Shown: positions 29,864-42,877, numbered from the stretch's first letter. The stretch: 64,000 nt of DNA from an uncultured Parachlamydiaceae bacterium (GCA_963752155.1 CAVVXH010000011.1:224001-288000), one strand, 5' to 3'. Made by a program: numbers and translations. Notes: generated from the letters alone by a model not told the origin.

Positions 29864-30346
29864 GTCGTTCCTGTCGTTCTTATCCTTCTCATCGTTCCTA
29901 TCGTTCTTATCGTTCTTATCGTTCCTATCGTTCTTATCGTTCCTATCGTTCTTATCGTTCTTATCGTTCCTATCGTTCTTATCGTTCTTATCGTTCCTAT
30001 CGTTCTTATCGTTCTTATCGTTCCTATCGTTCTTATCGTTCTTATCGTTCCTATCGTTCTTATCGTTCCTATCGTTCTTATCGTTCTTATCGTTCCTATC
30101 GTTCTTATCGTTCTTATCGTTCCTATCGTTCTTATCGTTCTTATCGTTCCTATCGTTCTTATCGTTCTTATCGTTCCTATCGTTCTTATCGTTCCTATCG
30201 TTCTTATCGTTCCTATCGTTCTTATCGTTCTTATCGTTCTTATCGTTCCTATCGTTCCTATCGTTCTTATCGTTCCTATCGTTCTTATCGTTCCTATCGT
30301 TCTTATCGTTCTTATCGTTCCTATCGTTCTTATCGTTTTTATCGTT
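29864..30346 (-). repeat. 9-bp tandem array in inverted orientation (TATCGTTC(C/T) on +), about 53 units (locus 1, right arm)
   Basis: Directly visible; reverse complement of the left-arm unit. Confidence 0.97.
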
Positions 30347-30523
30347 ATATCATTAGCATCGTTGATTACGTCTACATAAAAAAATACTTATCCATATAAC
30401 ATCTTGAATAGGCGCTATTTTACACCATGCTGTGGCTCTATTTTAGAGATTGTTTCTTGTCAAATCTTTATAAGGAAAACGCCCAGAGTAGTTAGCTGTT
30501 CAACTCTCATTGAGAAGTTGCGT

Positions 30524-32197
30524 TTATAAAGACGTTTGCTTCAACAATACTTCTTTTTTATGAATGGCGATACCAAAAAGTTCAATATTTTTAATATTGA
30601 GTCCCTGAAGTTCTGCAATATAATTCTTGATTGTTATTTGGCTAAGGGCACGACTAGCACATTCTTCCATTGTCTCGTTACCATTTTTTTTCTTAAATTC
30701 TATAACAAATCCAGGGTGTAATCGATCGTGTGGAATCAACAAAATATCATAACGACCATAGCCACTTTCTTTATTGGAACGAACAGAGTAGGTTTTTGAT
30801 AGAACCACAAGTAATCCAAGAACAAAAAGATGATAACTACTTTCCGGTTCATTTTCAGAAATATCGTGCCAACTCATACTTTGGGCGATAAATTTTGATA
30901 ACAATGAAGAAAATAAATCTCCATTAGCTGTAAGTAAGGCTTCTCCAAGCTGTTCAACTTCAGAATAGCCTAAGCTTTGCTTAAAAAGTTCGTTGATTAG
31001 ATCTTGGAATAAAAGGAAAAGCTCTTTGTTGGGCAATATGAGATTTGCATAGTATCTTCCATGATGAATTTCATATGAGGTCGAAGTGAGATATCCACTG
31101 AATAACAATAACGACCAGATGGAATTCGGATCGACGACCATGCCTGGAAGTACCATTCTATCTTCGATTCGTATTTCAAAAAGGCTATTGCCTTTAAGAA
31201 GTTCAGCACAATCATCTTTAATTTGGGGACTTGCAGTTGCTATAATTTTTGCAATTAATGCATTGTCGCTCGTATTTACCCAATAGGGGAGAAATTTTCC
31301 TTGCTCCTTGACACATCCAAGCGAGGACCACGGATTATAAATTTTAGTTTTCCCAATTAAATATCCGTTATACCAAGATTTAAAATCATTTTTGATATTT
31401 TCTAAATGGTAGTTGATTAATAATTGATCGATCTCTTCCTCAGTAAATCCAAACTTGTCTGTAAAATGATCATTTAGGATCGTAAAGACCTCGAGATTAT
31501 TGAGTCCCGAGAAAATCCCTTCTTTTGCCATTTGCAAAATACCACTCATGATTCCGAATTTGATGCTAGAGTTGTCCTTTAAGCCGTCACCAAGGAAACT
31601 TCGAATAAATTTTACTGCACTATCGTAGTATCCTTGAAGAAGCGCTTCATGAATGGGGGCATCGTATTCATCAATGAGTATAATAACTTTTTCACCATAA
31701 AATCGTTCTAGAAATCGGGTCAAGTAGAGCAAGCTAAGCTGATATTCCCACTCATAGGCTGTCAGAGAGGTAATCCTCTTAAAAAAAGCTTTTTCATCTT
31801 CATCCAAAATGTTACTTTCATATAGGGAATTGTGCCTTCTGTATTCACTTGCAATCAGATGAATGAACTTTCCATATGAACCTTCCCAATGCGATTCCTT
31901 GATTCCCTTAAATGTAATAAAGATAACAGGAAATTTACCCTGCATAGCTTGTGCTTCCGGCACGTCCCATATTTTTTTGCCTACAAAAAGATAGCTATTA
32001 GATTGTTCAGTTTTTTCGAAAAAATAGCGTAGCATTGACATGTTTACTGTTTTTCCAAAGCGACGTGGGCGTGGAAAGAGTGTGATCTTCCCTCCATGAG
32101 TGATCAATTCTTGAATCAGTAACGTTTTATCGATGTAGTAGAGCTCGTCATCGATGATTTCTTTGTAATCGCTACAGCCAATAGGCAAGCGTTTCAT
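30524..32197 (-). CDS. AAA-ATPase-like protein with C-terminal PD-(D/E)XK nuclease domain
   Basis: MKRLPIG..DY, YYIDKT, PRPRRFGKT, LIDEYDAP, FSGLNN, WYNGY, YNPWS, ESSYH, SNKESGYGRYDI, IEFK. Confidence 0.9.
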   Translation of the reverse strand: MKRLPIGCSDYKEIIDDELYYIDKTLLIQELITHGGKITLFPRPRRFGKTVNMSMLRYFFEKTEQSNSYLFVGKKIWDVPEAQAMQGKFPVIFITFKGIKESHWEGSYGKFIHLIASEYRRHNSLYESNILDEDEKAFFKRITSLTAYEWEYQLSLLYLTRFLERFYGEKVIILIDEYDAPIHEALLQGYYDSAVKFIRSFLGDGLKDNSSIKFGIMSGILQMAKEGIFSGLNNLEVFTILNDHFTDKFGFTEEEIDQLLINYHLENIKNDFKSWYNGYLIGKTKIYNPWSSLGCVKEQGKFLPYWVNTSDNALIAKIIATASPQIKDDCAELLKGNSLFEIRIEDRMVLPGMVVDPNSIWSLLLFSGYLTSTSYEIHHGRYYANLILPNKELFLLFQDLINELFKQSLGYSEVEQLGEALLTANGDLFSSLLSKFIAQSMSWHDISENEPESSYHLFVLGLLVVLSKTYSVRSNKESGYGRYDILLIPHDRLHPGFVIEFKKKNGNETMEECASRALSQITIKNYIAELQGLNIKNIELFGIAIHKKEVLLKQTSL

Positions 32198-32293
32198 TAT
32201 TTTAACTCCCAAGGAATTGGTCTCTTTCGCCTAAATTAATTCTATCAAAAAATGAGATATGAAAGGATAAAAAATTGGTTATTGCAGTTCCCG

Positions 32294-33713
32294 CTAAATA
32301 GCTATTCCCCTTCGACGACTCCATGAGGCAATGTAGACAGTGGATCTTAAATTTTCTTCAGCGGCCATACGCACAATTTTAGGTTGGAACTTACCCAACA
32401 CCTCAACTAAATCTTTTTGTTCTTCCATTACGGCGTCAATAGGCTTATAAGCTTGAGGGGCTTCATCCAATCCCCCTCCGATTAAATCTATCGCCATGTT
32501 TTAATAGATATTCCATATGCTGTTCATGGGTGATCGATTTTTTTGCTTTGGTGCGGGCCATTTGCCTTCCGCTACCATGTGAAGCAGAATTTAAAGAATC
32601 TGAATTACCCTTACCCATAACTAAGTATCCAGGGTCTGCCATAGTCCCTGGAATAATTCCTAAAACGCCATTGCCCGCTGGAGTTGCTCCCTTGCGATGG
32701 ACGATTGCCTCTTTCTCGTTTCCATTAATTAAAATCTTTTCCTTCCAAGCAAAATTGTGATGATTTTCAATTATTGCTACTGAAGTTATTCCGATTGCAT
32801 GACTTATTCTTTGGTGGATCACATGATGGTTTGCTGATGCAAATTCACCTGCAAGCTGCATAGCGTCCCAGTACTCTTTACCAAGATCTTGATCAAGAGG
32901 CAACCACGCCAAATGTCTCACAGAATGATCTAATTCTTCCATTTGCGACATGGCCATTTTAGTATAATAATTAGCTATTTTAAATCCCACTCCTCTAGAA
33001 CCACTATGCGAAAGTAATGCGAGGTAGTGCCCTACAGCAAGATTAAGAGGATTTGTCGGATTGGTGATTTCTAACTCTCCCCATTCAACAAAATGATTCC
33101 CGCCACCACTTGTACCAATTTGATGAATAGCAGTTTGCCTCAATGATCGTGTCAATTCTGAAAGTTCCCAATGGGATTTGTCCAAAATTGGATGTTCAAT
33201 TTTACCCGCATGAATACCGGCAGCTCCGGAACCGAATATAGTATTGTTTAATAAGGCCAAGTATAGGTGTTTATATTCAGAATTTTTAGAATTTTTTAAA
33301 ACCTGTGGGGAAGAAGGATAAATTGACAACATCATCCTGCAAGCAATATCGACTCCAACTGCGTAAGGAATGACTGAATTTTCTGTGGCTAAAACTCCAC
33401 CAATAGGAAGACCATAACCCAAGTGAGCGTCAGGCATTAAGGCCCCTCCTATTGCCACCGGTAAACGAGCTGCTCCAGCCATTTGTGTTATCGTTTCTGC
33501 TTCAATGTGCTTTTCTCCCCAGATTTTGTATGGAACAGGAGATGGTTTCAACAACAAATTTTTTCGCATTAATGCAAGTTTATTTTCAATATTTTGTACA
33601 AAAGCAATAGCTACTTCCGGGCTTTCTGTTTTGTAGTCATTCCAAGCTTTGCCCTTCTCTCTCGAAGTTAGCATTGTCTGATTGAGTAATTCTTGAAATT
33701 CTTTTGGTTTCAT
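32294..33713 (-). CDS. rtcB: RtcB-family RNA ligase, one +1 frameshift near 32493
   Basis: MPDAHLGYGLPIGGV, VGVDIAC, GTSGGGNHFVE, HSGSRG, NHHN, HRKGATPA, IPGTM, SHGSGR; DEAPQAYK lies in the second frame. Confidence 0.9.
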
Positions 33714-33927
33714 TTGTTATATTCTCTATTTAATATAGCCTATCTTGGTAATGCATTACACAGATAAAGTCAACTCTCTACAAGGTAAGAAAGAGCTACA
33801 CCCTTAAAATTTGTCAGTGTCGTGCTCACAATCTGTTTCCGTCCGATTTATTTCACTAATAAAACAAAAAAAATGTTAAATTCAATTAAATCATTATCCA
33901 TAATTATATTTCAACATCTATTTCATA

Positions 33928-33976
33928 ACCTGATATTCTGACATTTGCCGATGCGCTAACATTGCTTCCTAAAGGG
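33928..33976. repeat. Partial copy of palindromic element family B
   Basis: acctgatattctgacatttgccgatgcgctaacattgcttcctaaaggg is nearly identical to 35453-35501. Confidence 0.85.
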
Positions 33977-34139
33977 GTAACTTTATCCTAGCGAATTTGC
34001 AATTACTTTTTATCATTAGGTGAATTTTATGCCCTGGAATATATCCCTTTACTTAATTTAGAATTTAAATATAATAGCTGCAGATTCTAGAAGAAGTCAT
34101 TCGAATAACAAAGAAACACACCCAAATTGGAGTGTTAAA

Positions 34140-35430
34140 ATGACAGAATATTCTAGCCCTATTGAAGCAAATATTGCCGACAAAAGCAGTAACGTCTCTC
34201 AAAAAGATGCATCTATTCTCATCGGCAATGCTTTGGATCATTACGATTCATCTATTTATAGCTTCTTGGGACCACTTTTAGGACCTATTTTTTTTCCTAA
34301 TTTTGATCCGATAGCTCAACTTATTTTTACTTATAGCGTTTTGGGGACATCTGTCGTTACCCGTCCCATAGGATCTTTTATTTTTGGGATGATAGCACGA
34401 AAATATGGCCCTCTTTCAGGAATGTCTTATTCGTTAATCGGTGTGGCTATTTCTTCCATCTTTATTGCCTTTCTCCCTACCTATGCAGCCGTAGGATGCC
34501 TTGCTCCATTCTTATTAATTCTTGTAAGAATGATCAAAGGGATATTTGCTGCAGGAGAAAGTACTATTGCTAAAATGTACATTATGGAAAATAAACCGAC
34601 TACTTCGGCTTTAAAAGCTTCCTATTTTTATCAAAGCTCCTCAATGCTTGGCTCGATATTAGCCTCAGCCATTGCAACTGTTGTCATTGCTTCAAAATCT
34701 GATGCATGGCGTCTGTGTTTTTTGCTTGGAGGAACTACTGGAATAATCGGTTATTTTTTACGGCGATATTCAGACGATATAGAAGATAAACAATTCTTTT
34801 TGAATCTTATCAAATTTCAAAAATTCCTTCGTTTTGGAAAAATCGAATAAATCTTTTGCGTGTCATCGTAACTACAGGATTTGGGCATATTACGGAACAA
34901 TCCCGTTTGCTTTTATGAATTGTTTTGTGCCTTTTATCACATCGATTACCTTAGAAACAATGATGATTTATAATACAGCTTTATTAGTCATTGACATGTT
35001 TTTAATTCCCGCAATAGGAAATAGAATCATTAAATATGATGGTGTTAAAATCATGACACTCAGCAGCTTGGTTTTAGCCACGACGATTATTCCTTTATTT
35101 GCATTCCTACCGCAATCTTCCTTGACTTACGTGCTATTTGTTCGTGTGTGGATCGTTTTCTGGGGAGTCGTTTTCTTATGTCCGATGAATTATTGGTATA
35201 GGGGTCTTTTTCAGACTTCGGATCAATATCTGATGGTAGGTATGGGTGGAGCTCTGGGTTCGACTCTTATTGGTCGATTTACCATTCCTATATGTCTGTC
35301 ATTGTGGTATTATACCGAATGGGCATTTTCACCAGCAATCTTTTTGGCTATAGTCATGCTAGCGGCAGCTGGGGCTGTCTATAGAACAAGTAAAGAGGAG
35401 CAAAAAACCAGGGCACAGTTGCCTGCGTAA
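34140..35430 (+). CDS. MFS transporter (ProP-like), frameshifted around 34800-34880
   Basis: IGNALDHYD, FFP, RPIGSFIFG, LPTY..VG..AP, R...G...AGE, WR..FLLG in ORF 1; remaining TM helices in ORF 34834-35430. Confidence 0.8.
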
Positions 35431-35766
35431 AGCGCCTTGCCATTGGTGCCTGACCTGATATTCTGACATTTGCCGATGCGATAACATTGCTTCCTAAAGG
35501 GCAAATGTCAGAATGTCAGGTCTGGAACCAAGGCCAGAACGTTACCTCTCAGAGGACAGCAAACAAGCATCCTCAATGATATTGAAAATTTCTATTGACG
35601 AATTTGTTCCGCGTTTCCTGTTGTCCTTGCCTTGCTGTCCTCTTGGGGGGTAATGTTCCGCCTTGGTTCCAGACCTGACATTCTGACATTTGCCCTTTAG
35701 GAACCAATGTTATCCCATCGGCAAATGTCAGAATATCAGGTCAGGCACCAATGGCAAGGCGCTTTA
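35428..35766. repeat. Nested inverted-repeat element, family B (about 135-bp arms, each with an internal hairpin)
   Basis: taaagcgccttgccattggtgcctgacctgatattctgacatttgccgatg ... catcggcaaatgtcagaatatcaggtcaggcaccaatggcaaggcgcttta. Confidence 0.92.
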
Positions 35767-35944
35767 AAAATTTTTTATTTCCCGATAGGGGACGCCGCAG
35801 GCAACTGTCTCGCTTTGTGTTTAAAATTAACGGGAACTGCTGAAGTTTGTTTTTCCTTGCCGTTTCTATTTCAAAGATGCAATATAAGTGACTGGAGTTC
35901 AAACTTCGCAACTCCCACTTATTCATATTACCGGAGCATGGCGA

Positions 35945-37707
<1,763 letters not shown>

Positions 37708-37725
37708 TGAACTTCGGAACATGAC

Positions 37726-40700
37726 ATGTCCCAATTGCGATTCAGCACCAAATTATCAGGATTAGTTGCACTTGCTTTAGTTCTTTTTTTCTGGATTTTT
37801 TGGAATCCCATCTCCTCACATACCATAGAGTGGTATTTCAAAAAGAAAATCCAGAAAGAGCTAGAAAGTATTATACAACTTGAAAATGCAACGTGGGACA
37901 ATGGTGTTCTACTCTTGAACTCTCCCTCAATGATTTCACGTCAAGAAAATCTTCCTTATTTTTACGCTGAGCAGATCGCCCTCTCCTACGACTTTTCATT
38001 ATGGCAAAGAAAAATACATTTGAAACTTCAAGTTTTAAATCCTATTTTTACCATCAACTCTAAAACAGAAATGCTCCTTAAAGCGATCCTCAATGGAAAA
38101 ACCATACGATTTAAATACTTTTCTCTACAGTGGGAATTATCCATTCCAAATGGAATCTTACAAAACAAGGAATTTTTCATTCCCTTTTCTTTAGAAATTG
38201 CAAGCAGTAAAGAATCTCGTGGTGAATTTTCACTGCAATTAAAAAACAACATCCCTCAGCAACCTCTAAAAGGAGAATTCTTTTCAGAAACCTCCGGAAA
38301 ACGTACGATCGATCTAATTTTCAATCAAACTCCCTTTTCCATCTTATCAAAAGGATTTCGATTATTAAACCTATCACCAAATGAATTACAAATTGATTCA
38401 GGAATTGTTCACGGTCATTCTCAGATCTTATTCTCTAAAAGACAACCTCTTCAATTGAGAGGAGAACTCACATTTACCGATATTGCTATTAACGAACCGA
38501 CGCTTAAATTTACTTGCAATATTCCCAAAGCCACACTTACTTTTTTACCTAACTCAAAAGAAACACTAGGACAATTTGAAATTCATAAACCTTTCTCCAT
38601 CTCTCTTGGAGGATTTAAACAGGAACTGCTAGCTGTCAATGCTGAGCTTAGAAACTGGGCGGTTGATGCCGTTGCAGAAGTGGCAGAACAAAGGGATCAG
38701 TATGCAATCAAGCTAGGATTCGATCTGGATCTACTTGGAATGAGGAACGGATGGTTTAAAGGAGATGATTTTCCAATGGGAAAATTTATTAAACCATTCT
38801 TTACAAACGATCATTCTTCTTTAGATGGCACTATTAGTTTTCAAGGAACATTTGATCCGAAAGCCTTGTCAATCCAATATCAAACCAATAATCTTCATTT
38901 TGAAAATCAACATTTTTATCTAACAACTACACCTCAAGATGATTTACCCAATGAAATTATGGCAAATGGAACACACTTATTTGATTTTGTTAACAACGAA
39001 AGCTCAGGAGAATTACATCTCAAGGGTGGACGCTATTTCGACAAAAAAAACCGGCTTCTCTGTACTGATATAGCGACTTCCATCTTATTTAAAGAAGGAA
39101 AAATTGAAGCTCCACAATTTGAAGGGAACTGTTGTGATCTATGTCTAAACGGAGCCTTGAAGATAGACTCACCCTTACCAGACCATTTTAACCTCAATCT
39201 GGCCCTAAACGATCTAACAGGCACTGTATTTAATTTCCAACGCTTACTTTCGCAATTGGAACTTCTTAATCCCCTAACGAATTTGCCACTTCAGGGTAAC
39301 ATCTATTTAACTACAGGTCCTCATCATCTCAATTTTACTTTTGCTCCTACTGGTTATGATCTGGAAGCAAATTTCTCAGGATCTCTTTCTGAAGGTAAGC
39401 TGGATGTCTATTCTGAAGACTACACCTTGCAAGAAATCGGTTTTGATTTCCAATTCGACCATAAAGGCAAATCTCTTTTATGTAGTAATCTACAAGGCTC
39501 TTTATTTTTAGGAAAGCCTGAGGAAGCTGAGGAGTACACTTTCTCAGGAAATTATATCCATTTCAAACATCTTCCTGAGTCCCAAGCAGAATTTGATATA
39601 GCTTTCATTGACAAAAATAATGATGAACTTCTTAGACTGATAGGAAATATTCATCAAGAGATCCTGCAAAAAGAAGGTTTTCTATGCATCGACATCGATA
39701 AGAATCTTTCTCATATCCAAAAAACTCACTTTAATCGTTGTGAACTCATTTTAAATAAACAGTGGCAAATCGATCATTTTCGCGTGCGATTTAATCCCCT
39801 TTTACAAGATATGTCGACAGCTCTCGAAGGATTGAGTAAAACTAAAATTTGGCGTGATCTCGGAATAGCCAAATACAAGTGGGGAGGTTCAAAGAGAAAT
39901 CAAGGAGCCCTCTCGGTAGACCTTAAGTATGATCAAGCCCAAGGAGATTTCATCTTTAATCTTAAAGGTTCAGATCTTCTCATAAATTCTCATCCTATTA
40001 AAAAATTATCACTCATAGGCAAAAAACAAGAAAATGTCTGGTCTATCGAACAGCTCCAACTTGATCACATTTCAATTGCTGCAGATATCGTAAAAGAAAA
40101 CCAAATATGGAAATTTCCTTTTTTAGGTTTACGATGGAGTCCTTCCTGCCTTGTGGGACTAGAAGGAACTTATTTTGCCGATCAAAAATCTTTCCTGGGT
40201 CGCATTCATCTTTTAGAATTAGATCTTCCGACGATTAAAAAAGTGTTTCCATTGGCACATTTAATTAGCGAAGATCAAGCTAAAGAAACATTTAAAAGAT
40301 TAAAAGCCTTAGGACAAGTGCAAATCTTTCAAACAGAACATGGAGTCTCCTTTAACATCGAACATTCTCCTTACCGACTATCCATCCACTCTAAAGATCT
40401 AAAACTGTCCCGTGGAAAATTAGTTCTTTCCAATCTTCTGACTCATAAGCTCCCATCCGAAATCAATAACTCTCTTCAAATTGACTGGACACGTACATCT
40501 CAAGGCTTAGAGATTCAAAAAGCGATGGGCTCTTTCGAGGGTTTAACAATCGATGTCGTTAAATATCCTCTACAACTTCCTGAAGAAAGATTCGCTCCCA
40601 TGATCGGCAAAATGGCCATTCATTTCGATCAAGCTTCAAATATACTCCCACAAAATATGAGAAACTTTCTGAAGTCATGGCAAATTGGAGGTACATATCA

Positions 40701-41475
40701 TTTTATTGGACAATGGATGTTACAGAATCCAGACCCAAAAAAGCATTTATTTTCTTTCCAGGGAAGCATAAAAGGACAAAATGTTCACCTAAATGGGTAT
40801 GAATTTGATTCCATGCAATCTGACTGTGTCTATACAGAGGACAAAATAGGTTTAAACAACTTTTCGATTAAAGATCAGTCAGGCATTCTGCATATCCATT
40901 CCATCCAAAGTGTGCTCAGGGATAACAATCGCTGGGAAGCCACTCTCGAAAACTGTCATGTGTCAGAATGGCAACCTTCCCTCTTAAGAGCTGTAGGATC
41001 CACCCCTATTCCAAGTCCCCTTATAATAAAGCAGCTTAGAATTGAAAAACTAAAAGGTTTTTTGGATGATCCTAACAGTTTTACTGCAAAAGGAAAATTC
41101 GATTTTAACAACCGTTCACGCGATACACCGCTATTTGTCATTCCGGAAGAAATCATCAAACGCATTGGACTGGATGTGTCCATCTTGACACCTACTACGG
41201 GCACTCTTTACTTTGATCTTTTTGAGAGTAAGATTTGTTTCACTAAATTTAAGGATGTATATAGTGAAGGAGGTCTTTCGAAATTTAATTTAGCAAGCAA
41301 TTCTCTTCCTTCATATATGGATCTCAATGGAAAACTAAATTTAAGAATCAGAATGAAGCACCACAATCTATTTTTTAAACTTGCAGAACACTTCATTCTT
41401 AAGATCGAAGGGACTGTTCGAAAACCCATTTATTTCATCCGTAAGCAACCTCGTAAAGAGCGTTCGATACACTAA
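37726..41475 (+). CDS. Large hypothetical protein with N-terminal membrane anchor, beta-rich (possibly AsmA-like)
   Basis: 1249-aa intact ORF; single N-terminal TM; beta-strand-like periodicity; C-terminal L.I.GT...P pattern; family is inference. Confidence 0.55.
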   Translation: MSQLRFSTKLSGLVALALVLFFWIFWNPISSHTIEWYFKKKIQKELESIIQLENATWDNGVLLLNSPSMISRQENLPYFYAEQIALSYDFSLWQRKIHLKLQVLNPIFTINSKTEMLLKAILNGKTIRFKYFSLQWELSIPNGILQNKEFFIPFSLEIASSKESRGEFSLQLKNNIPQQPLKGEFFSETSGKRTIDLIFNQTPFSILSKGFRLLNLSPNELQIDSGIVHGHSQILFSKRQPLQLRGELTFTDIAINEPTLKFTCNIPKATLTFLPNSKETLGQFEIHKPFSISLGGFKQELLAVNAELRNWAVDAVAEVAEQRDQYAIKLGFDLDLLGMRNGWFKGDDFPMGKFIKPFFTNDHSSLDGTISFQGTFDPKALSIQYQTNNLHFENQHFYLTTTPQDDLPNEIMANGTHLFDFVNNESSGELHLKGGRYFDKKNRLLCTDIATSILFKEGKIEAPQFEGNCCDLCLNGALKIDSPLPDHFNLNLALNDLTGTVFNFQRLLSQLELLNPLTNLPLQGNIYLTTGPHHLNFTFAPTGYDLEANFSGSLSEGKLDVYSEDYTLQEIGFDFQFDHKGKSLLCSNLQGSLFLGKPEEAEEYTFSGNYIHFKHLPESQAEFDIAFIDKNNDELLRLIGNIHQEILQKEGFLCIDIDKNLSHIQKTHFNRCELILNKQWQIDHFRVRFNPLLQDMSTALEGLSKTKIWRDLGIAKYKWGGSKRNQGALSVDLKYDQAQGDFIFNLKGSDLLINSHPIKKLSLIGKKQENVWSIEQLQLDHISIAADIVKENQIWKFPFLGLRWSPSCLVGLEGTYFADQKSFLGRIHLLELDLPTIKKVFPLAHLISEDQAKETFKRLKALGQVQIFQTEHGVSFNIEHSPYRLSIHSKDLKLSRGKLVLSNLLTHKLPSEINNSLQIDWTRTSQGLEIQKAMGSFEGLTIDVVKYPLQLPEERFAPMIGKMAIHFDQASNILPQNMRNFLKSWQIGGTYHFIGQWMLQNPDPKKHLFSFQGSIKGQNVHLNGYEFDSMQSDCVYTEDKIGLNNFSIKDQSGILHIHSIQSVLRDNNRWEATLENCHVSEWQPSLLRAVGSTPIPSPLIIKQLRIEKLKGFLDDPNSFTAKGKFDFNNRSRDTPLFVIPEEIIKRIGLDVSILTPTTGTLYFDLFESKICFTKFKDVYSEGGLSKFNLASNSLPSYMDLNGKLNLRIRMKHHNLFFKLAEHFILKIEGTVRKPIYFIRKQPRKERSIH

Positions 41476-41479
41476 GAAG

Positions 41480-42877
41480 TCATGTGGTCCGAGGATAGCA
41501 CATCTTTAATGGATTGACAAGGCGATCGAATTCTTCTGGCTTAACGTAGCCTAGCTGTATGGCCGCTTCCCGTAATTTTAAATCATGATCCACTGCATAA
41601 TGAGCGATTTCTGAAGCTTTATCGTAACCGATAACAGGCGCAAGAGCTGTAACAAGCATAACAGAATATTCCAAATCCTGCTTGATCTTTTTTAAATTCG
41701 GCGCCATGCCGCGAACTAAGTATTTATCAAAGTTCTTACAGCTGTCGCTTATAATTCTGATGGATTGGAGAACATTATAAATAATCACGGGTTTGTAAAC
41801 GTTCATCTCTAAATAACCACTAGCTCCTCCAAGTGCCACGGCCATATCATTTGCCATGACTTGTACAGCAACCATTGATAAGGCTTCGCATTGCGTTGGG
41901 TTCACTTTACCAGGCATGATCGAAGATCCAGGTTCATTAGAAGGAAGAATGAGTTCATTAATTCCTGCTCTTGGACCACATGAGAGCAATCTGATATCGT
42001 TGGCTATTTTATAAAGAGAAACTGCTAAAGTTTTCAAAGTGGCGCTCAATTGCACTAGGGCGTTATGGGCTCCTTGCGTTGCAAATTTATTTTTAGCGGT
42101 CTTGAAGGGAAGCTTTGTTAACTTGGCAATTTCTTTTGCGACATCTTTGTCGAATCCTTCGAGGGTGTTCAAACCTGTCCCAACAGCGGTTCCTCCCAGG
42201 GTTAAATTATAAACATTTTTGATAGAAAATTCTATATCTGCAATATTATCATTAAGCATTCCCACATACCCTGAGAATTCTTGTCCAAGGGTTAATGGGG
42301 TGGCATCCTGCATGTGTGTTCTACCTAATTTGACGATATTTTTCCATTCTTTTGATTTAGCATTGAAGCTCTCTCGAAGTTGTTTAAGGATGGGAATGAG
42401 AGTATTTTTAATTTCCATTGCTGCGGCAATATTCATTGCTGTTGGGAAGGTATCGTTAGATGATTGAGACATATTGACATCGTCATTGGGATGAACAGGA
42501 GATTTACTTCCTAAAGGTTTTCCACTTATTTGAGAGATACGATTGGCAATGACTTCATTCACATTCATATTGAATTGTGTGCCACTACCGGTCATCCAAA
42601 CATACAGAGGGAAATGGTCATAATGTTTTCCTTTAAGGATATCTTCGCAGACACTTTCAATCAGTTTTGCTTTTTTAGCTGGAAGAAGGCCTTGTCGTTG
42701 ATTTACAATGGCTGAGGCCTTTTTTAAAATTGCATAGGCATGAATCAGTTCTTTAGCGATGAGATCGTCACCGATCGAAAAATGTTCTAAGGATCTTTGA
42801 GTTTGAGCGCCCCACAAGGAATCAGCAGGAACCTTTACTTTCCCGTGACTATCACTTTCGACTCTGAACTTTTTCAT
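41480..42877 (-). CDS. fumC: Fumarate hydratase class II
   Basis: [61 protein letters not shown]. Confidence 0.97.
   Translation of the reverse strand: MKKFRVESDSHGKVKVPADSLWGAQTQRSLEHFSIGDDLIAKELIHAYAILKKASAIVNQRQGLLPAKKAKLIESVCEDILKGKHYDHFPLYVWMTGSGTQFNMNVNEVIANRISQISGKPLGSKSPVHPNDDVNMSQSSNDTFPTAMNIAAAMEIKNTLIPILKQLRESFNAKSKEWKNIVKLGRTHMQDATPLTLGQEFSGYVGMLNDNIADIEFSIKNVYNLTLGGTAVGTGLNTLEGFDKDVAKEIAKLTKLPFKTAKNKFATQGAHNALVQLSATLKTLAVSLYKIANDIRLLSCGPRAGINELILPSNEPGSSIMPGKVNPTQCEALSMVAVQVMANDMAVALGGASGYLEMNVYKPVIIYNVLQSIRIISDSCKNFDKYLVRGMAPNLKKIKQDLEYSVMLVTALAPVIGYDKASEIAHYAVDHDLKLREAAIQLGYVKPEEFDRLVNPLKMCYPRTT

Noticed and set aside
29319..30346. Possible CRISPR array
   Set aside because: Units are contiguous 9-mers with no unique spacers, and no cas genes are in the window.
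29218..30399. ORFs with RSYRSY, TIGTIR or SFLSFL repeats
   Set aside because: These are translations of the stop-free 9-bp microsatellite in several frames and both strands, with no sign of being real proteins.
32294..32497. Separate small gene after rtcB (split RtcB)
   Set aside because: It is the RtcB C-terminus (DEAPQAYK), restored by removing one base near 32493.
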